Source: a virus. Taken from it: DNA of 40,042 nucleotides. The position numbers and the translations under genes are program-made. The notes below the pieces were generated by a model that saw only the letters and a program-made list of their open reading frames with translations, ran no database searches and was not told the DNA's origin. Shown piece by piece: positions 31,885 through 39,217 of the stretch. Every line of letters begins with the position of its first letter. The stretch's first letter is position 1. The stretch lies in the IMG/VR virus record IMGVR_UViG_3300029770_000022; one strand, written 5' to 3'.

Positions 31885-32304
31885 CTAATTAAGATGATCT
31901 CGTATCCATCCGATGTTCGGATGCGCAACATCATACAACAGCATGACGATGATAAACACGGTAAGGCAAAGACACAAGACAACCGTAAACCGCAGCCACC
32001 TGTTTTGCATTTTGAGCATATGCGAGTATCTTGCCTCAATGCGGCGGACCCTCGCATCAAACACCTCTTCCATCCTTTGCCGCTCTGATACAGGCGCATC
32101 ATCGTCCAGTGTTCCGACCTCGCAACCGACAACGTCTGCGATTGCGAGAATGGTTTGCAGTGTAGGGCTGCTGTCTGCATCGTTGCGCAGCGTCCTGTCA
32201 ACCGTTGTCTTGGATAGCTGCGCGGCATCTGCGATCTGCTGGTTTGTCAGCCCTCGGAGATCCTTTTGTGCAACAATGCCAGCAATGATATCCTGTACAT
32301 TCAT
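31885..32304 (-). CDS. XRE-type HTH protein with a C-terminal transmembrane anchor
   Basis: LTNQQIADAAQLSKTTVDRTLRN HTH. C-terminal LRFTVVLCLCLTVFIIVMLLY TM segment. Ends 12 nt before the integrase ATG. Confidence 0.65.
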   Translation of the reverse strand: MNVQDIIAGIVAQKDLRGLTNQQIADAAQLSKTTVDRTLRNDADSSPTLQTILAIADVVGCEVGTLDDDAPVSERQRMEEVFDARVRRIEARYSHMLKMQNRWLRFTVVLCLCLTVFIIVMLLYDVAHPNIGWIRDHLN

Positions 32305-32457
32305 TTTTGACACGCCCTTTTGTGCAGTATTTTTTATGGGTATCAAACATCCTTTTTTGGCTACCGGGAACCGCAAAAATGAGCATTGCAGTTCTAGCAT
32401 CTGGGTGATAGGCTGGAGTTGGCCAAAACACCCGCAGCGCGGAAAGGAGGTATTATA

Positions 32458-32634
32458 ATGCAATCCATCCACATTATTTCCGATCACGGCAAAGTGAGCG
32501 TCATCATCGACGGCGCGAAGCTGGATCGGCTGCATAGCTTTTCGGTCGATTACGTAGAGGGTGCGCCGCTGCTGTTCTCCTGCGTCGCGGATATAGGGGA
32601 GAAACCAGACGGCGCGCCGAAGATTGTGCACTAA
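32458..32634 (+). CDS. Small hypothetical protein
   Basis: AAAGGAGG SD before ATG 32458, 58 aa. Confidence 0.45.
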   Translation: MQSIHIISDHGKVSVIIDGAKLDRLHSFSVDYVEGAPLLFSCVADIGEKPDGAPKIVH

Positions 32635-32641
32635 GTTAATA

Positions 32642-33448
32642 CTACCGTTTGATTTCCAGTAATGATAATTCCTTCAGCACCTCGTCAACGGTATCAAACG
32701 ATTGCAGCCCATTATCATCTTCTCGACCAACCCACCTGAGAAGGAAAGATGCTTTCGACATTGATATGTAGGCAACTGATTGCTCATAATATTCAATATA
32801 TGCGTTGGCGGTAGGAGCTCCTTTTTCTTCACTTTGCAGTGCAGCAAAAAATCGTGACACAGCTTCCGGCGAATATCCATAGGAAAAATCAAATGTAACA
32901 TCGACGAGCACAGTTCCATCGCTTCCCTTGAACGACCCGAAGTAAGACATACCAGCCGTGTCAATGTTGTATTTCTCAATGACTTTTTCTTTATCATCCT
33001 CCATCCCAACAAGATACTCTGCATATTCCTGTTCAAACTCAGACGTTTTTTTCATATCAAAAATTCGACCCGTTTCTTTCATGCCGCAGTTTACTGCGAT
33101 GATATCTCGCATCTCCGTGATCTTGTCGTCTGAATCCATGTGAGAAAACTCGGAAAGAAACTCAATATTTCTGACAACTATACGCTCCGGTTCATTGTCA
33201 TAACCTGTATAATCACCAAGGCGTTTCGATATTGCGGCAAGTTCGGCCTTCATCTCGTCTTTTTCAACTTTGAATGACAGATAGCTGTCAACAATCTCAA
33301 CCGCCCTCGCTCCTGCCTGCTTAACAGTATCACCGGCACAAGAAACAACAAACACATATTTACCTTTACCGGCTGAACATCCGAACGACGAAACCAAGAG
33401 AGCAAACATCAATAAAATTGCGCTGGTGCATTTGATAATCTTTTTCAT
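32642..33448 (-). CDS. Lipoprotein (low-GC lysogeny-module cargo)
   Basis: GGAGG lies 7 nt before the ATG. Signal peptide MKKIIKCTSAILLMFALLVSSFGC with a lipobox Cys. GC is about 37% in 33121-33180 by hand count. Confidence 0.75.
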   Translation of the reverse strand: MKKIIKCTSAILLMFALLVSSFGCSAGKGKYVFVVSCAGDTVKQAGARAVEIVDSYLSFKVEKDEMKAELAAISKRLGDYTGYDNEPERIVVRNIEFLSEFSHMDSDDKITEMRDIIAVNCGMKETGRIFDMKKTSEFEQEYAEYLVGMEDDKEKVIEKYNIDTAGMSYFGSFKGSDGTVLVDVTFDFSYGYSPEAVSRFFAALQSEEKGAPTANAYIEYYEQSVAYISMSKASFLLRWVGREDDNGLQSFDTVDEVLKELSLLEIKR

Positions 33449-33713
33449 ATTTTCCTCCATTTCTGCCCGACGGTGCCGGACTACAATAAATGTTACACAT
33501 ACATAATAACATGTGAAACGCACGATAACACAACATCGTGCGAAAATTGCGAATTTTCTACACTTTACACAATGCAACGCCGGTAAATTTGTACATTTTT
33601 TCGCGCTGCTGCGCGTGCAGAAAAAGCAGTTCGAAATTTGTAGAGAATGGCAATAGTAATTTACAAACGTTTGTTTTATAATTTCAAATACACTGATGCG
33701 GGAGGGAAGAATC

Positions 33714-33824
33714 ATGGAGAAGGTAAAGGAAGAAATGATTGTGGAGGTGACCGATCGACTCAAGGAGGCAAGTCCGGAGGAGGCCTACATGGTACTTAAA
33801 TATTTGATGCTCATCACCGCATAA
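33714..33824 (+). CDS. Possible 36-aa ORF (MEKVKEEMIVEVTDRLKEASPEEAYMVLKYLMLITA)
   Basis: GGGAGGGAAG SD 4-5 nt upstream; followed by the bidirectional terminator. Confidence 0.3.
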   Translation: MEKVKEEMIVEVTDRLKEASPEEAYMVLKYLMLITA

Positions 33825-33834
33825 TGCGCGGTTA

Positions 33835-33877
33835 AAAAATAAGCCAAGGCGATCATTCGCCCTGGCTTATTTTTTTT
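33835..33877. terminator. Bidirectional terminator overlapping the 3' end of the repressor gene
   Basis: AAGCCAAGGCGA tcat TCGCCCTGGCTT (one mismatch), flanked by an A-run and a T-run. Confidence 0.7.
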
Positions 33878-34218
33878 ACAAACTTCTCGATCTCCGGCCA
33901 TGCGTCTTCCGGCAGCTCCAGCAGCGCAGCCACAAAGCGCTTGCGGAAGGATTCGTCGGCTTCGCTCATCAGGTCGTTGACCATGAGGCCGAGCGTTTGA
34001 TTCATGGAGCGCTGGACAAACATCTCGCCCTCTCCGGTGCGGAGCCACAACTCCGATACCCCAAACACACGGCAGATGTCAGCAATCGTCCGGTCGCTCG
34101 GCTCACGCTGGCCGATTTCAATCATTGCAATATAGTTTCGCGACAGCCCGATTTGTTCGGCAAATTCACCCTGTGTCAATTCGGCGGCTTTGCGGATTTG
34201 CTTGATACGTTCGTTCAT
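33853..34218 (-). CDS. CI-like XRE-family repressor
   Basis: GGAGG SD. MNERIKQIRKAAELTQGEFAEQIGLSRNYIAMIEIGQREPS. Divergent from the early operon. Confidence 0.85.
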   Translation of the reverse strand: MNERIKQIRKAAELTQGEFAEQIGLSRNYIAMIEIGQREPSDRTIADICRVFGVSELWLRTGEGEMFVQRSMNQTLGLMVNDLMSEADESFRKRFVAALLELPEDAWPEIEKFVKKISQGE

Positions 34219-34241
34219 GCCTACCACCTCCTTACGTTTGA

Positions 34242-34270
34242 ATAATAGCACGAAATGCTAACTTTGTCAA
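34242..34270 (-). promoter_or_regulatory. Leftward (repressor) promoter TTGACA-17-TATTAT
   Basis: Reverse complement of tgtcaa (34265-34270) and ataata (34242-34247). Confidence 0.7.
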
Positions 34271-34300
34271 CAAACTTTTTGAAAAATCTGCAAATAGGTG

Positions 34301-34329
34301 TTGACATAGAGGCAATCACGTGCTATAAT
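34301..34329 (+). promoter_or_regulatory. Rightward early promoter TTGACA-17-TGcTATAAT (perfect consensus with extended -10)
   Basis: -35 at 34301-34306 and -10 at 34324-34329, with TG at 34321-34322. Confidence 0.85.
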
Positions 34330-34391
34330 GTGTTTACAAGGTCAACAGAAGACCAAAACAAAACAACGCCGAAAGGCAGGAGGAAATGGAA

Positions 34392-34589
34392 ATGAAGGTT
34401 ATCAATAAGAGCGGCAGCGAGATCAACTACGAGGCAGCGGTCAATTACATGGACGACGACATCCGCGAGGACGTGTGCGCCGAAATCGCACCTTGCACGG
34501 AGCAGGAATTCTTCACGGCGTACGAGGAAGCCCACGCGGCAGCGTTCGGCGAGGACTGGTTCCTGAGCGGCAAGAACCCCTGCTATTGA
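34392..34589 (+). CDS. Acidic small protein, first gene of the early operon (not an obvious HTH)
   Basis: AGGAGG lies 8 nt before ATG 34392; ATG 34386 is too close to the SD. MKVINKSGSEINYEAAVNYMDDDIRE... Confidence 0.6.
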   Translation: MKVINKSGSEINYEAAVNYMDDDIREDVCAEIAPCTEQEFFTAYEEAHAAAFGEDWFLSGKNPCY

Positions 34590-34690
34590 TAATTCCTTGG
34601 GCGGCGCTGCCGCCCGGTGTAATGCAGCCGACGCCGGTTCCCAGCCCGGATAAATGCAGAGGACACCAAATTCAAAAGGAGGTGAGGTGG

Positions 34691-34828
34691 ATGTCCGAGG
34701 AAAACAAGCAGCAGATCGAGCGGATTTGCACCGAGGTCAACAAGCTCGACGCAGCCAAGCAGGAAATCATCCTTGCATTTGCGCAGGGACTTGTCTGCGG
34801 CACGAAGCACACGGAAAAGAGCGCGTAA
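34691..34828 (+). CDS. Small hypothetical protein (45 aa)
   Basis: AAAGGAGGTGAGG SD before ATG 34691. Confidence 0.5.
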   Translation: MSEENKQQIERICTEVNKLDAAKQEIILAFAQGLVCGTKHTEKSA

Positions 34829-34856
34829 ACGCATGGACAAACGAATGGAGGCAAGC

Positions 34857-35036
34857 ATGTTTTGTATGATCGCGAAGCGCGGCCCGGATGGCCGGTTCCT
34901 GCCGGGCACGCGCATCGGGGACGAGGAAATCCCCCGAGAAACCATCCTCGACTTTGCCGCTTTTGTGGCGAAGCGGATGCAGACCGGAGACTTTGTAAAT
35001 CAGGCGGCACAGCCCGCCACGGAAAAGGAGGACTAA
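34857..35036 (+). CDS. Small hypothetical protein
   Basis: GGAGG lies 5 nt before ATG 34857; alternative starts at 34833 and 34845. Confidence 0.45.
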   Translation: MFCMIAKRGPDGRFLPGTRIGDEEIPRETILDFAAFVAKRMQTGDFVNQAAQPATEKED

Positions 35037-35039
35037 TCA

Positions 35040-35345
35040 ATGCAAAAGTACGAACTGGCCGTTCCGGCCACTATCGAGGCGCAGGAGCTTCGGGAGCTGG
35101 AACGGCGCACGGATGCCCGGCGTGACCGCGTCAAGGCGGCAGAGCAGCGGGCGGCAATTCTGGAGGGCAAACTCCGGCAGGAGCGGGAAGCGCACCGGCG
35201 CGAAGTTGAGGGCTTGGCGACCTTCGTCACGGTGGTGACGCTGATCGTGGCCTGCGGCGTATGTGTGTTGGCCGCGCCGATCTGGACGGTGATCTTCCCG
35301 GCGGCTGGATGCCTGGCGGTGATGAGAAAGGCCGGGTGGGTATGA
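35040..35345 (+). CDS. Coiled-coil protein with two C-terminal TM segments
   Basis: Arg/Glu-rich helix, then FVTVVTLIVACGVCVLAAPIWTVIFPAAGCLAV. Confidence 0.55.
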   Translation: MQKYELAVPATIEAQELRELERRTDARRDRVKAAEQRAAILEGKLRQEREAHRREVEGLATFVTVVTLIVACGVCVLAAPIWTVIFPAAGCLAVMRKAGWV

Positions 35346-35491
35346 AAGCAATCGTAAAAAAGAAAGTTCCCACCGGCGCGGGCACGCCGACGGGAACAAA
35401 CGGAAATGGAGTTACCATTATCTTATCAAAAGACGGTGTCCGTGTCAACTACCTGTGGAAAAAATTTCCGGAGGAGGTGGACGAGCCGTGA
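35342..35491 (+). CDS. Small hypothetical protein (49 aa)
   Basis: ATGA coupling. Confidence 0.4.
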   Translation: MKAIVKKKVPTGAGTPTGTNGNGVTIILSKDGVRVNYLWKKFPEEVDEP

Positions 35492-35703
35492 CGATGGAGC
35501 AATACCTCAACGAGCACAGCCCCCACGAGGGCGAAGAATGTTCCGAACCTATCCTTTGCGAATACTGCGGTGAGGAGATCACCGGGCAGTTATTTACGGA
35601 CGGCGAAATCAACCTGCACCCGGAATGTGCGCTTGAGTACGTCGAGGAGCAGCTGTCGGACATTGAGATCGTAGAGCACTGCGGTTTCCGGCTGCTTGGT
35701 TAG
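35488..35703 (+). CDS. Small acidic Cys-containing protein (possible zinc ribbon)
   Basis: GGAGGAGGTGG SD, GTGA coupling. CEYCGEE...HPEC. Confidence 0.5.
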   Translation: MTMEQYLNEHSPHEGEECSEPILCEYCGEEITGQLFTDGEINLHPECALEYVEEQLSDIEIVEHCGFRLLG

Positions 35704-35714
35704 GAGGTGCGCAC

Positions 35715-36053
35715 ATGATCCCAAGAGACGAATGGAAGCTCTCACAGCAGGAGCTTGTCGATGCCTTAAAGCCTGCGCTTCCGGGCATCTCCACGACGGC
35801 GGTATCTCTTGCAGAGCGGTCGAAGGTCACTGGCGTACAGTTTACGCCCAAGGCCGTGAAAGCCGCGTATGCGGCCACAGGCCATCTTAAAAAGTCGGAG
35901 AAGCGCCGCAACCCGTACAGGGTGACGCTTTGGATCACAGCAGACATGAAAAAATGGCTGCAATCGCAAGCAAAAGACGGCAATATCAACGATTTCCTGC
36001 GGGGTGTGATCCTGCGGATGATGGAGGAGGTACGCAATGCTGCCGAGAATTGA
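35715..36053 (+). CDS. DNA-binding protein: N-terminal HTH-like plus C-terminal ribbon-helix-helix-like segment
   Basis: LSQQELVDAL...GISTTAVSLAERS, then YRVTLWITADMKKWLQSQAKDGNINDFLRGVILRMM. Confidence 0.5.
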   Translation: MIPRDEWKLSQQELVDALKPALPGISTTAVSLAERSKVTGVQFTPKAVKAAYAATGHLKKSEKRRNPYRVTLWITADMKKWLQSQAKDGNINDFLRGVILRMMEEVRNAAEN

Positions 36054-36294
36054 TAGCGGGGTTGCCTCGTACATTGCTGCGCGCGCAACGGTGACTGTGT
36101 ATTTCCCCGTCGACCTTAAAGGCAATAGTCTCGTATGCTGTGAGCTGTGCCCGCGATACCGGCCAAACTCCCGCCGCTGCGGGCTGAACGATGCGGTCGT
36201 TGAATACCCCGGTAAGTATATCGGGAGCCAATGCCCGCTGGAATTTGAAGAAATGGAGGATAATAATGTTCAATCCGAAAGAGCATCTGATTGA
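36037..36294 (+). CDS. Cys-rich hypothetical protein
   Basis: 85 aa, VCCELCP...C...CPL. Confidence 0.45.
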   Translation: MLPRIDSGVASYIAARATVTVYFPVDLKGNSLVCCELCPRYRPNSRRCGLNDAVVEYPGKYIGSQCPLEFEEMEDNNVQSERASD

Positions 36295-36823
36295 TCTTAA
36301 AGGCAAGGATTACTTGCAGGTGATGTGGCGGCTCGTGTGGTTTCGTGAGGAAAAACCCGCTTGGTGCATCGACACAAGGCTGGAACAGCTTACCGAGAAT
36401 CACGCGGTGTTCTCCGCGAAGATAAGCGACGAAAACGGGGTTCAGAAAGCCTCTGGGTACGGAAGTGAGAGCATCAAAGACTTCCGCGATTTCATCGAGA
36501 AGGCCGAAACCAAAGCAATCGGCCGGGCGCTTGCAATGCTGGGCTACGGGACTCAGTTTGCGCCGGAGCTTGACGAGGGCGAGCGCATCGTTGATTCTCC
36601 CGCCACGCGAAGAAAGGCATCGGCGAAGCTTGAAACCCCGGCACCGCCGAAAAAGGCAATCCTATGCCAAGAGTGCGGGAAAGAGATTGTCGGTGTTGAG
36701 TTTGCCAATGGGGCGAAGCGCACCGCCGATGAACTTGTTCGTGGGAGCCAGAACCTTTTTGGAATTCCGCTCTGCTACTCCTGCACCATGAGAAGGAGGA
36801 AGAATGCGGACGCTCAGGGTTGA
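36266..36823 (+). CDS. Rad52/Sak-like single-strand annealing protein with a C-terminal zinc ribbon (putative)
   Basis: GGAGG lies 6 nt upstream. WRLVWFREEKP...EKAETKAIGRALAMLGYG resembles the Rad52-type motif. CQECG...CYSC at the C-terminus. Confidence 0.5.
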   Translation: MFNPKEHLIDLKGKDYLQVMWRLVWFREEKPAWCIDTRLEQLTENHAVFSAKISDENGVQKASGYGSESIKDFRDFIEKAETKAIGRALAMLGYGTQFAPELDEGERIVDSPATRRKASAKLETPAPPKKAILCQECGKEIVGVEFANGAKRTADELVRGSQNLFGIPLCYSCTMRRRKNADAQG

Positions 36824-37385
36824 GGCTGCAAAGTGGTCAGCGGATGCGGACGGTGAATGGCTTTGCCTGAAATCGTCCCACGCCGCGATCATGGCCGCGC
36901 TGGAATCCATCGACGCATCGAAGAAATACGTCGCGGAAATCAAGCAGGAGCGCAAGGGGCGGAGCCTGAACGCCAATGCTTACTATTGGCGCTTGTGCGG
37001 CGAGCTTTCCGCCGTCCTCCGAATCCCGCCGAACGACATATACCGGCAGCACATCCGGGACGTTGGCGAAAATTACGAAATTATCCGCATTCCGGCGCGT
37101 GCTGTCCAGAGCTTCACGCGGAGCTGGTGCGCGGGTCACGTCGGGCGGGTGATTGAGGATATGGGGGCGGATCGCAATAGCCCGAATTTTAGATACCTGC
37201 AAGTATACTACGGTTCCAGCGACTACGATACGCGCCAGATGTCCCGGCTGATCGAGCTGATGGTCACGGACTGCAAAGCGCACGGCGTGGAAACGCTGAC
37301 GCCGGAAGAAATGGGGCGAATGATGCTTGAATGGGAGAACAAAGGCGCTGCAAATCCCGCAGGCGGTGAAGCAGCGGGTATATGA
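36804..37385 (+). CDS. ninB: NinB/Orf-family recombination protein
   Basis: AAGGAGGA SD. QERKGRSLNANAYYWRLCGELS parallels lambda Orf ERNRSLDQNRKLWACLGDVS. SSDYDTRQMSRLIELMV parallels TSRMRVGEFAELLELI. Confidence 0.65.
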   Translation: MRTLRVEAAKWSADADGEWLCLKSSHAAIMAALESIDASKKYVAEIKQERKGRSLNANAYYWRLCGELSAVLRIPPNDIYRQHIRDVGENYEIIRIPARAVQSFTRSWCAGHVGRVIEDMGADRNSPNFRYLQVYYGSSDYDTRQMSRLIELMVTDCKAHGVETLTPEEMGRMMLEWENKGAANPAGGEAAGI

Positions 37386-37629
37386 GCGCGACTGTGGTTG
37401 CTGCATCTTCTGCGGGGCTCCCGGTGATCCATGGTGTCACTACATAGGGAGAGCGCAGGGAGGGCGCGGAATCGAGGAGAACATCCTGACCATGTGCGAC
37501 GAGCACCACAGAGCATTTGACCAAGGGAACCACGCCCAGCGCATGGTGCTGAAATCCCTCGCAAGGGATTACCTCAAAGCATACTATCCAGGATGGCTGG
37601 AAGAAAATTTGATCTATCGGAGGGAGTAA
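37327..37629 (+). CDS. HNH-type nuclease-like protein
   Basis: TTG start overlapping ninB. RDCGCCIFCG...CHYIGRAQGG...MCDEHHRAFD. Confidence 0.55.
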   Translation: MNGRTKALQIPQAVKQRVYERDCGCCIFCGAPGDPWCHYIGRAQGGRGIEENILTMCDEHHRAFDQGNHAQRMVLKSLARDYLKAYYPGWLEENLIYRRE

Positions 37630-37633
37630 CACA

Positions 37634-38029
37634 ATGTTAAACAAAGTTGTCGTAATGGGCCGCATGGTCAGAAATCCGGAGCTTCGCCGGACGAACTCCG
37701 GCACAGCGGTTGCAAGTTTTACAATCGCCTGCGACCGCGATTTTAAGTCGGATGGCGGGGAGCGCGAGGCGGATTTCATCGAGTGCGTTGCGTGGCGAAA
37801 TACGGCTGAATTCGTCAGCAAGTATTTCACCAAGGGCCGTATGGCTGTGGTGTCCGGACGGCTCCAGACCCGCAACTGGACGAGCAAGGAAGGCAACAAG
37901 CGCAAGGCAACGGAGATCGTCGCGGAGAGCGTCTATTTCGGCGACAGCAAGCGAGAGGAGTTGCAGAACTACGCCGCGCCGCAGGAATCCTTCGCGGAGC
38001 TGCCGGACGATGGCGATATTCCGTTCTGA
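37634..38029 (+). CDS. ssb: Single-stranded DNA-binding protein
   Basis: OB-fold N-terminus MLNKVVVMGRMVRNPELRRT and an acidic tip DDGDIPF. Confidence 0.9.
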   Translation: MLNKVVVMGRMVRNPELRRTNSGTAVASFTIACDRDFKSDGGEREADFIECVAWRNTAEFVSKYFTKGRMAVVSGRLQTRNWTSKEGNKRKATEIVAESVYFGDSKREELQNYAAPQESFAELPDDGDIPF

Positions 38030-38039
38030 GGCGGTACAA

Positions 38040-38813
38040 ATGAAGCGAGAACAATTTACTTTTTACAGGAGCTACTACGAAGCAATCAAAACGCTTCCTG
38101 CGAAAGAACTGAAAACGGCACTTATTGCGATTTGCGCGTATGCGTTGGATGAGGAAACGCCGTCTCTTTCCGGTATCGCGAATTCCGTTTTTGCTTTGGT
38201 TCGCCCGACGTTGGACACTGGACGGAAGAAAGCGGAGAATCGAGCTAACAAATCAGAACGAAGCGGGAAAAACGAAGAACAAAGCAAGAACAAATTGGAA
38301 CAAAACGGAACAAGCGAGAACAAACAGGGACAAACCCGCAAGGAGAAAGAGGGGGAGAGAGAGGGAGAGGTAGAGAGAGAGGACGATATGTCTATATCTA
38401 TTATCCCTGTCATCCCTAGCGCGCGCGAAGCGCCGCCTGTTTCTCCGCCGTCGAAGGCAAGCGCCGCTGTTGGCTATTTTTTGCGCCACATCAACGCAAG
38501 TGCCTCCGGCGAGTGCTTGCGGGAGATGTTGGGCTACGAGCAGAATCTTGGCTCCGACGTGTGCATCTACGCGATGCGCTATGCCATCGACGAGAAAAAA
38601 ACAGCATGGAGCTATATCAGGGCGATATTGGCCGCATATGTCCGCGATGGTGTGAAGTCCGTTGACGATATCAAGCGGCGGGATATGCAGCGGGGGCAGC
38701 GACCGACAGGAAAGAATGCAGCTCGCAATGCGCAGTACAGCACGCATGGTGGCTCGGTGTCAGATTTGGAGCGCAAGGCAATCGAGGCGGCGCTCCGGGA
38801 GGGCGGAGCATGA
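38040..38813 (+). CDS. Replication protein: replisome-organizer-like N-terminus plus DnaD-type C-terminal domain
   Basis: FTFYRSYYEAIKTLP...ICAYALDEE, a low-complexity linker, then ...YAIDEKKTAWSYIRAILAAYVRDGVKS. Confidence 0.7.
   Translation: MKREQFTFYRSYYEAIKTLPAKELKTALIAICAYALDEETPSLSGIANSVFALVRPTLDTGRKKAENRANKSERSGKNEEQSKNKLEQNGTSENKQGQTRKEKEGEREGEVEREDDMSISIIPVIPSAREAPPVSPPSKASAAVGYFLRHINASASGECLREMLGYEQNLGSDVCIYAMRYAIDEKKTAWSYIRAILAAYVRDGVKSVDDIKRRDMQRGQRPTGKNAARNAQYSTHGGSVSDLERKAIEAALREGGA
38277..38333 (+). repeat. Iteron-like array: GAACAA x5 plus GGACAA, phased at 10-11 bp, followed by a polypurine GA tract (38341-38383)
   Basis: Motif starts at 38277, 38288, 38298, 38308, 38318 and 38328, read directly. 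Confidence 0.8.
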
Positions 38814-39217
38814 TCAACTACACGATCATGGGCGAACCACGGACGAAGAAAAACCACCAGAAGATTGTCGGTACTGGGAGACGTTGCCCATGCTGCGGGA
38901 AACCTACAAAACAGTGGATTCAGCAGGGCGATGCGTACAGGCAGTATGCCAAACGGGCTGCGTGGCAGTTTCATCCTGTGCCGGACAAGCCAATCGATTA
39001 CCCCGTGAATTGCTGCTATTTGTTTTACATGGCAACAAGGCGCAAGGTGGACGGGCTGAACCTCGCGGCGGCGCTGGATGATATCCTCGTCGAGCGTGGG
39101 ATATTGGCCGACGATAACTCCCGCATCGTTGCCGGGCACGACGGGACGCGGGTGCTGTACGACCCGAAACATCCGAGAACGGAAATTTACATCACGAAAA
39201 TGGAGGAAAACACATGA
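38810..39217 (+). CDS. rusA: RusA-family Holliday junction resolvase
   Basis: ATGA coupling. MGEPRTKKN...DGLNLAAALDDILVERGILADDNSRIV. Confidence 0.8.
   Translation: MINYTIMGEPRTKKNHQKIVGTGRRCPCCGKPTKQWIQQGDAYRQYAKRAAWQFHPVPDKPIDYPVNCCYLFYMATRRKVDGLNLAAALDDILVERGILADDNSRIVAGHDGTRVLYDPKHPRTEIYITKMEENT

Noticed and set aside
33596-33625. CGCGC tgct GCGCG hairpin as a terminator in the lipoprotein/repressor intergenic region.
   Set aside because: The stem is only 5 bp. The T-run is on the wrong side for the plus strand, and an A-run follows on the minus strand.
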